Source of the DNA: the human T2T-CHM13v2.0 reference genome, Homo sapiens
Direction: 5' to 3' (one strand)
Length of the DNA: 64,000 nt
NCBI RefSeq assembly: GCF_009914755.1
Contig: NC_060935.1
Shown here: in pieces, positions 25,560-40,602 of the stretch
Position numbering within the stretch: position 1 is the first letter of the stretch
Layout: every line of letters starts with the position of its first letter
The notes under the pieces: generated by a model
The model's database searches: none
Seen by the model: the letters and a program-made list of their open reading frames with translations, nothing else
What the model was told of the DNA's origin: nothing
Translations under genes and position numbers: made by a program

Positions 25560-26150
25560 GAATCACCAATTTCTAAAAAGCTCCCCAGAAAGATAAACAT
25601 AAAACATTGATTGCCTTTGATTGAATGGAATGTCTGGAGGCAGAGGGTGGGAAGGAGACATGTTATTATGTACTTTTTTATATCTTTTGCTTTTGTATCT
25701 TTTGAGAATATTATCTAATTTATTTTTAAAAAGACATTAAACTCAAGAAAATAAGTCAAATAAAAATAAAAGAACTATAGCCACATGCAACAATGTATAT
25801 AAATCTCACAAACATAATGTTGAAGAAAAGATGCAAGACACAAAATAGTATATAGAATTATATACCAGCATAATCACAGTGTTTAGGAGTCAACACAGGT
25901 ACTAAAATTAAAAAAAAAAAAAAAGGCAAGGGGATTATTATCCAAAAAGTCAAGATTGTGGTTACTTCTGGCAGACAGGAAGCAGCTTGGCCTGGGAAAG
26001 AACCCACAGGCTTCTGGTTGCTGGCAGTGTTCTATTTCTTAGTCTAGCTGTTGGTATAAAACAGGTGGTCTCTTTATTGTTATTTGTTAAATTATATAAT
26101 CCTGTTTTATGTCATTTTCAGGATGGATATTATTGTTTCACAAATATAAA
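25560..26150 (+). mobile_element. Old L1 3' fragments
   Basis: aatctcacaaacataatgttgaag...aaaagtcaagattgtggttacttctgg. Confidence 0.55.
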
Positions 26151-26154
26151 TGGG

Positions 26155-26311
26155 TTTTATTTTGTTTTGAGACAGGGTCTTGCTGTATTGCCCAGGCTGG
26201 AGTGCAGTTGTGTAATCACAGGTCACTGCAGCCTCAAACTCCTGGGCTCAAATGATCCTCCTGCCTTAGCCTTCCCAGTAGCTGGGACGACAGGCAAGCA
26301 GCACCACGCCC
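26155..26311 (-). mobile_element. Alu monomer (FRAM / AluJ right arm)
   Basis: Single arm gagacagggtcttgct...caccacgccc. Confidence 0.85.
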
Positions 26312-27864
26312 ATCTTATAAGTGTTAAAAACAAGTAAGTAATAAAACAAATGGTAAAACTGGCAAACACACATATATTCCTAGGAGAGAGGACCTCTCCT
26401 GGTGATCCTGATGCTCACCCAAGCTGAGAAAGCCCTGCCTGAGAGCCACAGATGACCAAGCTGAGGAGGAGCCTCTGTGACCATCTACAAAAGGGAAAAT
26501 GAGGAGGCTCAGGGAAGGGACGGACTTGCCTGAGGACACAGTGAGAGAATCAGTCCCGGAATCTGGGTGTCCCAGCTCCTATGCCAGTGCCTTTTTCCCC
26601 TACGCCCTGTCCCAGCTGGCAGCATTCTGCCCTATGTTGGCAGCCATCTGCCCCAGACATTCCTGCTGTTTGTTTTGGAATTTTCCCTCTCCTGTTTTAG
26701 GGCTAGAGCTCCAGTCCACCTCTTGGATCTGGGATTGGGAAGGAGATCTCAAGATGCTGAAATCCACAGTGACTCTCTGGCTGGGTGCTGGGCCATATCC
26801 TGGGTCCAGCTCTGGGCCCTGGACTATGGCTGGAAGCAGGTAGATGGTGAAGACCAGGGCAGCAGAACTCATGTGTTTTACCCAGCACTGTGCACTGACC
26901 TCATCAGAGGTCCAGGCACACACAATGCCCAGGTAAGTCTCCTCCAAGCCTTTGTTGGCAAAAATCTGGAGGGCCCCATTCCGAGGTCCACTCTTCTATG
27001 GCTTCCCTGCACTGGGACCAGCCTCATTGTGTTCTCCAGCCAAGGCTGGCCTGGCCCTGGAGGCGTGAGCTCTCTTGGGACCTGACCACATCTCCTATTT
27101 CTTTAAAGTCTCCTGCATTCCCAGACTCTGCCAAGAGCTTGGCCCCTTTCTATGCCAGGCAAACCAAGGTGCTGGCCCAGTCAGCCACAGAGGCCACAGA
27201 CCGGATCTGGGACTGAAAGCCCAATTAGATGGCAGATGGCACAGAATAAAAGAGAAGGGCCAGGAGATGTGATTGGATTCACTAGTTAGCATGGAGACAT
27301 TGAGCAAATGTCAACAATTTAGGCTCTTAGTTTTCTTCTCTGTGGAATGGGGATACTGCTCTTGCTGTGTATACTCTGCGAGGTTATTTTAAAGATCAAA
27401 GCATCCTCACAACCCAGCCCAGTGCTCAGCGGCGGGTGAAGGGAAGGACACTTTTCCACTGGACTGAACTCACTGCCCACAGGCTGTGTAACTGCAGGAG
27501 AGCCCCCTGCGGATTTGCACAAAGGTTTGCATGGGGACAGCTTCGTCCACAGCCACACACCTCTCTGCAGATCACAAACTCCACCCTACTCAGCACGCTC
27601 ACTTCTTCTTGGTGGGCCTCAGTTTTCCCAACTGCAAAATGGGAGAGTTGGGTTAGATCATCTTCCAGGGCTCTTCCAGTTCTGACAGTCTAAGGCACAA
27701 TAGCAGGGAAATACTACTTTTTAACTGCTTGTGACTAAGGACTCCTTTAGGACGCTGGCTGGGTCCATTTCCCCAAGTTTTCCCAGGAGTTTCTCTCCCA
27801 GGAGAAGGTAATCTGAGGACAGAGAGGAAACAATGGCATTCAGCTCCTAGTTATCACTACTTAC

Positions 27865-28091
27865 AACTTTGGGCTTCGCCTTAGTTGGTGACTGAAGGGG
27901 GGATGTCACTTTCCTCAGCTGGGGTGGGTGAGGTCGGTACGGCACGTAGGTTTGCAGCTGGGGGAAGAGTCGAACCTCCAGAGGGGTCCGCACAGGGCTG
28001 GTGGGAGGACTGGGCTGTGGGGGCGGCTTGCTCTCAGAAGTTGAGAGTGAAGGCACAGGCGGGTGAGGAAACAAAGGCACCGTTTTTCTCT
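27865..28091 (-). CDS. PLEKHA7: PLEKHA7 coding exon (E)RKTVPLFPHPP...TKAKPKV, proline-rich
   Basis: ccccttAG|AG acceptor, GTT|GTAAGT donor; 227 nt, phase 1/0; ORF 27847..28131. Confidence 0.95.
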
Positions 28092-28286
28092 CTAAGGGGC
28101 ATAGAAGGAAACAAAGCACGGGATGGAACAAAGACCCCCTTCCTTGGAGGATGAGTGGAGTAATTTAGCACCTCGAAGACTCAACCTCCCCAAGGGCCAT
28201 CCCACCCACCTGGTTCCCAGCCTTCCACCCTCCCACCACCCTGCCCCCAATCAGATCCCCCACATCCAGGAAGATGAACATCTCAC

Positions 28287-28395
28287 CCGGATTTTTTACT
28301 GACTCCACTAGAATTCTGAAGTTCTCTTTATTTGCACTCAGGCCTGCAGTGACATCTTCAATTCTCCATAGATCTTTCTGTATCTGCGATTTCTC
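28287..28395 (-). CDS. PLEKHA7: PLEKHA7 coding exon EKSQIQKDLWRIEDVTAGLSANKENFRILVESVKNP(E)
   Basis: cttcctcAG|GAG acceptor, CCGG|GTGAGA donor; 109 nt, phase 0/1. Confidence 0.94.
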
Positions 28396-28849
28396 CTGAG
28401 GAAGACGAAGTGGTGGGTTTGCCTTCTTAGCTCCTTACAAGTTTCTTCTTAGGACTTATCCTACCATTTCAGACAGAGCCCCCCGCCCTGAGGGGCAGCA
28501 TCCCCTCTGGAAACCCCACTAGTGCTAGAACCAAGCCTGCTTCATAGCTTTCTAGGTAAGCATAGACAAGGAAAATGCCCACGATCCAGGGAGAAATTTC
28601 AGAGTAGCTTTCAGCAGTCCAGCTTGCCTACCTAATTTAAAAACAGACTGCCGTAAACACTGTGCCATTCCGCTAAAATACTGTATGACATACTTAGAGT
28701 AGTCAATTTCGTAGAGACAGGAAGTACAACAGTGGTTGCTGGGGGCGGGGGAGAGGGAAGAATGCAGAACTATTTAATGTGTATAATGTTTCAGTTATAC
28801 AGGATAGAAAGTTCTGGAGATTGGGCGCACAAAAATGTGAATGTACTTA

Positions 28850-29537
<688 letters not shown>

Positions 29538-30032
29538 TTTACCACAGTTTTTTTGAAAGGCACTGTCCTATGTAATCATGACAGAAGGGAAGGCAAGGAC
29601 TAGAGTTTACACCATCTCTAGGATATAAAAAACATTTTTAAAAAGTCAGCTGAACCCGATATTTGAGGTTTAGTTAAAAATACAGTAGTGAATGGAATAT
29701 TAGTTGGCAATAAAAAGGAATGAAGTGCTGATGCATGCTACAACAAGGATGATCCTTGAAAACATGTGAGGGAAAGAAGCCAGTCACAAAAAGCCACACA
29801 TTACATAATTCCATTTATAAGAAATGTCCAGACTAGTCAAATCAGTAGAAACAGAAAGTAGATTAGTGTTTGGCAAGGGCAGAGGGGACGCTGGGGGAAT
29901 GAGAGTGACTGTTAATGGATACAGGATTTCTACTGGGGGATGATGAAGTGTTATAAAATTGATTGCGGTGACGGCTGTATCATGCTGTGAGTATACTAAA
30001 AACCACTGAAACGTATACTTTAGAAGGGTGAA

Positions 30033-30362
<330 letters not shown>

Positions 30363-32374
30363 TGACATGTGAAATATATGATAAAGCTGTTAATTTTTTT
30401 AGCACAATAAGAGTACAATTTTTATATATCAATTAAAAAAAAATTATAAACTCCAAAAAAATACATATCTACATACAATGGGGAAGGACCTAGGCTATAT
30501 GATCATGTGCATTCTGACAACCAAAATCGAATGGGAAGAGGATCTAAAAGAGGTGCAGAGGGGTCTGATGGGGTTAAGGGACTACGGCCATCTCTTGACG
30601 GGGCTGTTTAAACATCAAATGTAGTATTCTCTTGACTTTTAAGTTAAAATGGGGGAAAGATAGCCTTGGTCCCACCCCATGGACTAAAATAAAGGCAGGC
30701 TTCCCACCCCATCTCCTCTCGAGGCACCTAGCTACCCCTCAACTGGAAGAGTTCTTGCACTGCATGAGCCTCATGGACCTGCCCAATACTGCTCATTGAT
30801 CCATCCCTACAGGGCCTGGCACTTAGCAGGTTCTCAGTGCATACATGCTACGTGAATAAAGGACCAGTCATGTAAAAATTCCCTGAGCAAATACTTTCCA
30901 ACAGCCAGGACAACAGAAGTCCAAAGCCTCCTGTCCCAAGGTGGGGCTCACAGTTCTCACTCTCTCTCTCAACCCCTCCAACATAAAGCACATCCTCAGG
31001 TCTGGCAAGCTAATAATGGGTTTGATTCTCAGCTCCATGCCAAAGCATGAGCATCCTAAAACAGACAGGTGTATTACCGAGCCCAGGGCATGTGTATGTA
31101 AGAGGATGACCTCTAGGGCTGAAGTCCCCAAGCTGAGTGTTGAGAACAGGTAAAGAAAGGGATTAAACGCAGTCCTCTTCCTCCTCCATAGCTCCCTGGC
31201 AAAGCTCCCCTGTCAGCCACTTTCTTGCCCCCCTGATGCCTTTCTGTCACCCCCACATGTGAGAAAAGAACAGAGAGCAGAGAATAAAAAAGGCTGGAGA
31301 GTCCCTATCCTTCTCCAACGGTGATGGAATTTTGGGCCTTCATAATGAGGGGAGGGGAATTTTGGGGGAAATGAGGGGGTGGAGTTTCATTCCTGCCTCC
31401 TCCCACCACACTGGGTAGAAAGGCTCCTATGTGCTGCTTTCAGCAAAGCCTTGAACTCACTGTTTTAGCCTTGACTGAAAAGGCTATTTTCCTGCAGCCA
31501 AACCTGACTACAGGGAGGCGAATTTCTAAGCCCTGTTACTGAGAATCTGCACATGGGGCTGCAAGTGCATCTGCAGTGCTGATGATTTTTCTAGGGCTCT
31601 AACAGCCTGCCTGGCCTAGAATGACACCAAAGAAGCTAGCACAGTGCCTGCTCAAAGCAGGGCTTTGTTAGCTTCCCAGGTTACTGTGCCACTTAGGGAA
31701 AGTGTGAGCAGTGCCACAGGCAAGGTGGAAATCAAGATGCAGGCTCCAGGCTGGCCTATCTGAGAGTAAGTCATGGGGCTGAGTTCTCCAGGGCGTCTGT
31801 GACAAAGACCTGTCACAGTGTATCTATTTGCTTTTGGGAGGGAAGGGGGAAAAAAAAAAGGATTCTAGGCCTGCTATATGTTAAATCACCATGACATAAG
31901 GCACAGTAAAGACACAAATGGCCAATAATCATACGAATAGATATTTAACCTGCTAATAACTAAATAAAAGCAAATTAAAGCAAGATGCCATTTAGTAGAC
32001 TAGTAAAACTAAAAAGATCAATTACAAGTGCTGACAAGGATGTGAGCAAATAGGTCCAGTACTTTCATTTGCTGTGGGTAGGAAGATAAACAGGTGCAGC
32101 CCTTTAGAAGGTGGTTTGGCATATCCATCAACTTTTAAGATGTATACTCATTCCAACCCCAGCAAGTCCACTCCTAGGAGCCTATCTTACACAGATACTT
32201 GTAAACAATGTGAAAAGGCAGTTACACAAATCCTTATCACACCACCATTTATAAAAGCAAAACGCTGAAAATAATTAAATGCTATCAGAAGAGGAATGGC
32301 TAAATAAAGTAGAAAACACCCAGACTATGAAATAGTATGTAACAGTCAAGAAAAACAAGTTTAATTTCCTTAGA

Positions 32375-32550
32375 CTGGCGCTGCCCAATACACCTTTCTG
32401 AGATGATAGAAACCTATAATCCCTGCTGTCCAAGACAGTAGCCGATAGCTGCATGTGGGTATGGAGCACTTGAATGAGTCTGGTGTAAATGAGGAATACA
32501 TTTTGAATTTCAGTTACTTTTAATTAATTTATATTTTATTGGGCAGCATA
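32375..32550. mobile_element. MER3-like hAT-Charlie DNA transposon inside an L1ME fragment (~31900-32900)
   Basis: gcgctgcccaata...ctttctgagatgatagaaa...gctgtccaa...gtagcc...catgtgg. Confidence 0.6.
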
Positions 32551-34352
32551 AATTTTGGATTAACTGTCCTGGAAAGATTTCCACGATATCAGGTTATGAC
32601 AAAAAAAGTGAGTTGCCAAATAATGTGTAAGTGTGATCCTCTTCAAGTAAGCCTTTTACCTGCTCCCATTCCTGAATAAATCATATGATTCTATGCATGT
32701 GCATATTTTTGAAAATGCATAGAAAATGGTCTAGAAGGCAATGCCACCAATAGATAGCACTGATGACACATAGGGAGGGTGATGGGAGGGGCAGAAAGGG
32801 AGAGGGGGAAGAGGAACTTTTATATCATTTTTTGTTTTTGCTTCTTACTGTTTTGGTCTTTTCAAAGACACGTATTCATGTACCATTTGTGTAATTACAG
32901 GAACAAAGAATGAAAAGCTTAAAAAAATTACTGCTAAAAATAAAGCAAAAAAAAATTACTGCTAAAAAAATTCAGATCACTGAAGTCCAAGAAAATAAGT
33001 ATAACCTGGGCAGTTTTATAAACTCATAACCAGAAATAATTGAAGGACTTTGTCAACAACATTCACCTAGTATTTTCAAGTCATTACGGTAAATGCTGCG
33101 GCTACAAAAAAGAGTAGTGAAATGTTAGCCAGTGTGGATGAAGAGAAATTATGGGAGGAAAACGACCCCAACAGCAGCAGGAGATAGACAAGTGCTGGGG
33201 AGAGTCTTGTAGACCAGCCCTGAGCCACAGGCGAGGGTCTCCTCCACGTGGTCCTAGGCAGGGCTCTCTGGGAACCATCTCTGCATGAATAGAGGGACAG
33301 CAGGGCCCTTGGAAAAGCCTCAGGGCCCACACACCTACACCCTACTCCAGAATTTCCTTCAACTTTCTGGGGTGAGGCTAATGTCTGGAGAGTCAACATA
33401 CTCATTAAATCACTTAAACAAAGAGCCTTGGTTAGAACTATCTTATCAGTTAGCAAGCCCAGCACCAAAAGTGGCCCAGCATGGTGCCTCATACACAAGA
33501 AGCCTCAATTAATGCTTGCTGAATTCAAACACACTTATTATGTCAGGGCCCTGAAAGGAGAAGATATAGATCTTAAGTCAGGGGAGAAAAAAACAGGTTA
33601 TTTTCCACTTAAAAAATTGTGAGGGTGGGGTGGAAACCTGGTTAAGCACCACAGTGGGGGAACACTGGGCAATTTGGAACCCAATTTGGAAGAAGAAAAA
33701 CCACACAGGGCCTTTCACTGTCTCACTTCTGGGGGACAGAGGCAGCTATCAATAGGGTGGCCTGATTTTTTAAGGGTGAAGTGGCAGGGCTCTAAGGCCA
33801 ACTTTCCTGAGTGGTATAGGGGTCACAGAGATGGGCATCACCCAGCCTGGCCTCCAGAAATGCAGATGACTGCCTGGAGACCAGAGTGCCTCAAAGGACA
33901 GAATTCACACTGTCTCCCTCTGGTAGAGGTGTGATAACATCTATCTCCAGGAATCAGAGGAGGGAAGGGGTGGGCACTTCCTGCTGCTGTCTAAGTGATG
34001 AGCTAGCAGCCTAAGATGGGGCCAAGAACTACAGGAACATGGATCACTCTGTGATTACTGATGACACCAAATGATCAGAAGTAAAGCCCTTTCTAAAACA
34101 CCCAAGAGCTTGTCTTTGAGAGCAGCAAGGCAAGGGGAATGGGGTGAAGCTTCTCATCACAGCCTGGCTTGGGGAAGGGATCCTCAAGGGAGAGCTTGGG
34201 GTGGCTCCTTTACAGGGGTGGAGCATCTGGGGCTGAGGGGGAGAAGGACTCTGAGCAGTGCTCACAACCCCCACAGGTGAAGTCTCTTGGAAAAACAAAA
34301 AACAAAAAACAAAAAACAAGAGCTCAGAAGAGATGGACAGGTATCAGGTCAC

Positions 34353-34454
34353 CTGGAAAAAAAAGGCTCTTCTGTGTTGCTCCTGCAGGGTCTGCTTCAG
34401 CTGTTCCACATCATTCTCCAACTTCAGGTATTCGTTCCAAGCATTTTCCATCTC
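34353..34454 (-). CDS. PLEKHA7: PLEKHA7 coding exon EMENAWNEYLKLENDVEQLKQTLQEQHRRAFFFQ
   Basis: caacAG|GAG acceptor, CAG|GTGACC donor; 102 nt. Confidence 0.94.
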
Positions 34455-35046
34455 CTGTTGGCCAAGACAATGCTTCCGGTTCTTAGTTATCCCCTGCCCC
34501 CTTGGAAGGCCTCACGAACACCTGTACTCCTGACCATGCTGACCCAGCCAGGGGAAGAGGGAAGGAGACCGGGCAGGCCTGGTGGGAGAGAGAGAGGAGC
34601 AGGAAAGAGCGTGGCATCCTCTCATTTGTGCTCTGACCCTGGTCACCTGCACTGTTCACTCTTCCACCCTCAGGATGCTTTGATTCTCAGCCCTGGCCTG
34701 TACCACAACAGACTGAAAAGTGAAAAAGCAGATTCTGACAACTTGGAATTAACTGCACACAGATCAGGGGAACAGCCTTGCAGGCAGCTCTGAAGAATCT
34801 GGCCCACTGGGTGTCACTGGCCTTCAAGAGTCGCTGTGGTAAGCAGCCTAAGGCACACGTGCAGGCAGACATGTCACCCCCAGACAAGGTCATCTACTGT
34901 CAGGTGGCAGTTCTGCTACTGGAGAAGCTCTGCTATTTCAGGACTCTTGCCTCTGGACACCAACTCAACTACATCTTGGGAGGGGAGAAAAGCAGCCCCT
35001 TGCTCAGCCCGTCCTGAGGGAGACAGGTCTGCCACCCTCTACGCAC

Positions 35047-35196
35047 AGTGGACTCTCTGGAGAGCTCAGCTCGGATATGGACAAGGTCCTCCTGCAGCAA
35101 CTTCTGCTGGTAGGCAATCTTCTCCAAGTGCTGGGGCTGGTCTCGGTACTGCTCCATCTGTCTGTGCAACACCTCCAGCACAGATTCTAGCTGGTC
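35047..35196 (-). CDS. PLEKHA7: PLEKHA7 coding exon DQLESVLEVLHRQ...AELSREST (coiled coil)
   Basis: gtgcAG|GAC acceptor, ACT|GTGCGT donor; 150 nt; in ORF 34969..35274. Confidence 0.95.
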
Positions 35197-35926
35197 CTGC
35201 ACCACGAAGGGCCAAAAAACAGCAGGATAGGAGGACAGTCCCCAGAGGCCTCCCCATACCACACCAGGAACCAAAGCTACTGGACCTAACCAAGGCCGAA
35301 GGGATCAGCGCTGAGATGTGGGCCCACAGTCGGGGCTCTGATGCCAGCTCTGACTCTGTCTAGGGAGTAGGCTGGGGAAAGTACCTAACAGCTCTGTGCC
35401 TCAATTTTGTCATCTATAAACTAGGGATACAGCTGTCTAACTCCTTATGGGATAAACTAAGAGAATAAACTAAGCTAAGAGGATAAATCAAAGAATTAAA
35501 AAAACAAAAAACAAAAACCTCTTTAGCCTCCTAGGGAAAAGAGTATATTGTCAACCTCCAGCATCACAAATTTAAAATGCAAAAGGAAAAAAATACTTTA
35601 AGAATAGAAAAGGCCAAATGTTGGTGGCCCCTGGCCCATTCCGGCACTCCCATCCAGACTTGCTGCCTCCATAGCCCAGATCCTAGGAGACAAGGAGCTT
35701 TAGGAAGCAAAGGCCTCTGCCCTGTAATGACTACAGCCACTTCCTCCAAAGGAACCCTGCTTCCCTGGGGTTCAGGGACCTGGGGTCATCACATATAAGC
35801 CAGTGGAGCTCCTCTCCCAGGCTCACCTCACAGGGCCTCCACGGAGAGGTAAGCCAAAGCAGAATGGGGGCAGGAGGGTCTCTATAAGATAGAAACCCCT
35901 AAGAAACACCATTTAAACACAAAGGC

Positions 35927-36222
<296 letters not shown>

Positions 36223-36350
36223 TGCATTTTTTTTTAAATAAGCTAACATCTGCTCTTCAATACTAACATGAGGGTCCAGCCTATGTCTCAAGAAAGACAG
36301 GACAAAATGTCCCTCTGCCCATTCCAAGATTATTCAAAACTGACACGTAC

Positions 36351-36431
36351 TTTGTTCTCTTTAAGGGCTCGTATCTTGTCTTCCAAGTCCTGGAGGACCC
36401 TGTCTTGTTCACAGAAGATGCTCAGTTTGAC
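36351..36431 (-). CDS. PLEKHA7: PLEKHA7 coding exon VKLSIFCEQDRVLQDLEDKIRALKENK (coiled coil)
   Basis: cttttAG|GTC acceptor, AAA|GTACGT donor; 81 nt. Confidence 0.94.
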
Positions 36432-36605
36432 CTAAAAGCAAGAACAGGTGGAGAGGGCCTGGGGTGATGAGAAAAGGACATGACCTTGGGATTGCAATCA
36501 GACAGCCTTTGGCTACAGAACCATCCAAGCCCTGCCTGAAGCTGTTCACCCGGGGTCTGGGTCAGGAGGCAGCTGAGGGGTCAGCGTGTCACTCTGCTCA
36601 CTCAC

Positions 36606-36674
36606 GTCAGTGTCGCTCTCAGCGATCTTCACAGGCTTCAGACTTCGATCCTTGAGAAGGTCCCGGCCTGTCAT
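36606..36674 (-). CDS. PLEKHA7: PLEKHA7 coding exon MTGRDLLKDRSLKPVKIAESDTD
   Basis: cctcccAG|ATG acceptor, GAC|GTGAGT donor; 69 nt; translated by hand, absent from ORF track. Confidence 0.94.
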
Positions 36675-38889
36675 CTGGGAGGCGAACAATTTAAAAGAGA
36701 TTTAACCATGGTGTTTGAGATCAGAACTCAGGAAAGAAAATTCATCCTATAATGGATGGTGTGGAAGTCCTTGGCAGTGGCAGGTAGGGTCATAGTATGA
36801 GAGGGACAAAAACTTGGGCCATACTTCGCTATTTCTATGCCTATTTCATTTTAGGAAAAAACCAAAACCTTTTGATGATTCTAGTAATGCTGGTAAGTCC
36901 TTTGAGTTAAAGAAAATGTAGATGTTCAAGTTAAAGGATCATCAATTTTAAAAGTATATATTTGCCTAAAATGAATGTGAAAAATCAGCATGAATCTTGG
37001 AAGATTTGCCACCGATAAGACAGAGGTGTACTACTGAACGTGGGAACAAACACAAGTTACGAAGCCCATCACCCCCTGCCCAGGGTGGTGAGATGGGCAG
37101 ACCCAGAGGAACAAACAAATCCCTTGACCATTGTCAAGCCTTAGTTTAATGAAGTCTCTGAGCAGCCCACTTCCCCGTGGGTAAGGCCAGCCTTCCTTAC
37201 CCTTTACCATTTGGGAAGAAGACCTGGCCAAGGTAAAAAGGAACCTGGCTAGTTCCCAGCAAGGGTTTTTAATTGTTCCCTGAATAACTGAGGCTAGGCT
37301 GTACTTGTGTAAGTTACAAGAAAGGAAACCATAAAGCAATATACAAAAGTCACCCAAACTTGCGGGCCAATGGGATTTTACATTTCCCATCCCTCACTTG
37401 ACTCAAAGTAGGCAATATGCTGCCTGTCTCTCACTGACTCCTGAGAATCTAAATCTTACTTATCCCATTTTTCCATTTCCCCCAATTTCTTTCTTGCCAA
37501 AAGTCATGCAGGGGCTGAGGGGAGTGACTTTCACAGATGCACCCTCCCATGGCCAAGATAAGGCCAGGGAGAACCAAGTCTATTTTGCCTAATGTAGGGG
37601 AAACCACCTCACTGAGCTCTATTTTGCAGATCTGACCAGGAAAATGGAGGGTGGAGCTAACAGTGGCAGAGACAGGTGGTGTGTGTGTGCTATGCAGAGA
37701 GGTCCCAATGTGGACCGATAGCTGCTGGAGAGAGAGGTGTAGATTTCTCCCCATTCTATCTGTAAGGTCCAGGAAGTTTGTCAGTGTGGATTGGGGGTGG
37801 AAATAAATTGGCAAACATTCCACTCAGTGCTCAAGCCCTTCATGTGCCCAACTGTCCTATGCTACCTCTCCCTGCAAACTGTCATGAGCAAATCCAAAGG
37901 TCAAGGGAGAGGACCTCTCCCTGCCTTGGAGTGAGGACTGATTCTGGGCTACACACATGCCCCACCCATTCCCACGATCCCTTTGGTCACACAGAAGAGG
38001 ACGGAACCATTGTTTTATCTTGGTAAAGTCAGCCCTGAACAGAAGACCTGGCACAAACTCAGCAAATGCTTATTGAATTGCATTGCATGTAGGTCAAAGG
38101 GAAACACATGTAGGTCAGTGTTGTTGAGTTCCCGGAAAAAATAGAACTCCAGCCAAATTCTGCTCTTCAGACTGTCAGATTATGTGTACATACACGTATA
38201 CACACAGTTGCAGAACACAAGACTGCAACAATCCACAAACAAACAGACTGTGCTGTCTCCTGCAATGCGGGGGGGGCGGTGCAGGGAGGTGTGGGGAGGT
38301 GGGCATGAAGTTAATCCTGGTGAATCACAAACAGCTGAACTTCTCAGGCAGAATGTGGGTTTTAAACTCAGGGGAACCCAGGAGAAAAAGCAGGTGAAAG
38401 CAGTGAAGTCTTCGCTCTATGCCATCGTCCTTTCATCAAAGCCAAGAACAAGGAGGTTGTCTATTCTCCAAACCGGCTGACCTTTGGGGCTCATTTTCTA
38501 GGTAGAAATCATTTTCAAATGGAGATACACTCTGGGGATTCTTTCCCCCAGCAAAACTCTTCCCCTTATTTCACTGAAGCTTTTTACAGAGGATGTCTTT
38601 TTGATACTTAAATAACAAGCCAGAAAATCTAATTGAGCAATGCCTCATTTATCCAGCACCATCAGGAAAAGAATGAGATATTTTATATAAAAAGGACATT
38701 TTGAGAAGAAGCTGAATCCTCTAAATTATACTTTTTGATGGAAAGCTTTCTAAAAGTATGCCCTTTGCTGCCTTCATGGAATACTGAATATACATTCAAC
38801 CTTTTTTTTCTCTCTCTCAGGATATTAGTACTACCTCTTTTTCTAAGAAGTAGATTTCTCTTGTCCCTTTTTAAAGTGCTGCTTATCTT

Positions 38890-39230
<341 letters not shown>

Positions 39231-40521
39231 TTAGGAATTCAAAGGACTATAAGCTCGACTGACACGAGGTACTTACATCTCTTCTCTCCCTTTAACTGGG
39301 GGTGATGCCCTTCAGGGTGCTCTTTCCACACGTTGCATCTGCTGCTACTACAGCACCCAGCACATTAGAGTACAATGTTCCGTTTGCTCATTTGTCTCTC
39401 CTCACTAGAGAGTAACCTAATTAGGGGTGACTGTGGAGATGGATGCCTTTCCTCTGTATCCTCAAAGCCCAGCCAGGGCCTAGCATATTGAAGAAATTCG
39501 GGCAATGTTTGCTCAGTGAGTTCATGAATGTATCAAAGTAATGTGAGCTGGCTCTGTCTCCTATGGACGAAAGGTCACAGGCTTTAGAGCATGGGCTTGA
39601 TGAGAGCTGTTTCTACAGCTCAGAGGACCGTTAAGCTTCTGAATGTAGCTCTGCTCCAGACAGCCGAGGCTGCTAAGAAATATTATATCCACGTGTAGCG
39701 TATTACATCTAATTTTCCTTTTAAAAGTGTGTTTGTTATAGCCATGTTCAAATACACTTAAAACATCAACTCTGGGTCCCCCCAGCATCTCTGTCATCAG
39801 AAAAAGTAAAAGTCTGTGGATGCTCATCCATTTGAAAGAGTCTCTCCATCAGAGGGGAATCAAAGGCCACCCAGGCATCTTCCCTCCCCTCCACCACATC
39901 CCAACCCACTTTCTCAGGGCTCACGATGGTTGGACACAACACCTGCTTCTCGATCTGCATCCTCCCCTGGAATGCTGTGAGAGCTGGCCACATTGCAGTC
40001 CCTACTTCTGCATCAATCAAAGAGGGTATGGGCAGGGGGTGGCATTTTATTCTAGTCCAGCTCCAGGCTGTTATCCAAATACCAACTGCCTGCCCCCAAA
40101 AAGTGCCACCTTAATCTCAGGGCCACCGTGGCATCTGAGGATACCCTGGCTCTTGGAAGATGACCAATAACTGCTGTTCCCTCCCAAGAAACTCATGCTC
40201 AACTCTGTCTGGGTGAGCCCTCGCCATGGAGGCAGACACGTGATGATGGAAACACAACACAAGCTGGTGGCAAGCCAGGCAAGCTCCCCCACCCTTGGCA
40301 GCACAAAACATGGAGTCACAGAAAACTGCAGATGAGAGGCTCAGCCTGGTGCATCAGCCAAAATGCTGAAGAGAGCTTCAGTTGAAAGAAAATAAACCAA
40401 AATGACTTGCGGGAAGCCTGGGGCGGTCAGGAGAGCAACTGGTTAAGCAAGTGATGAAGTCGGCACCGAGCCAGAAGCAATGGAATGACCCCGCTTGGAG
40501 ACACGGATCAGATCATCTTAC

Positions 40522-40602
40522 GCTTCTCCTGGGCCGACAGCCCCGTGCTGACTTCTTCAGCACTTTGTAAAGCACGTTGATCAAAGGTTCATTATTTTTA
40601 AT
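40522..40602 (-). CDS. PLEKHA7: Putative PLEKHA7 cassette exon IKNNEPLINVLYKVLKKSARGCRPRRS (not in ORF track)
   Basis: cctttttgtttggaacAG|ATT acceptor, AGC|GTAAGA donor; 81 nt, phase 0/0, no stop; resembles recalled PLEKHA5 segment MKENEPIITMVHTMIENSALRPQ at the equivalent position. Confidence 0.78.
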
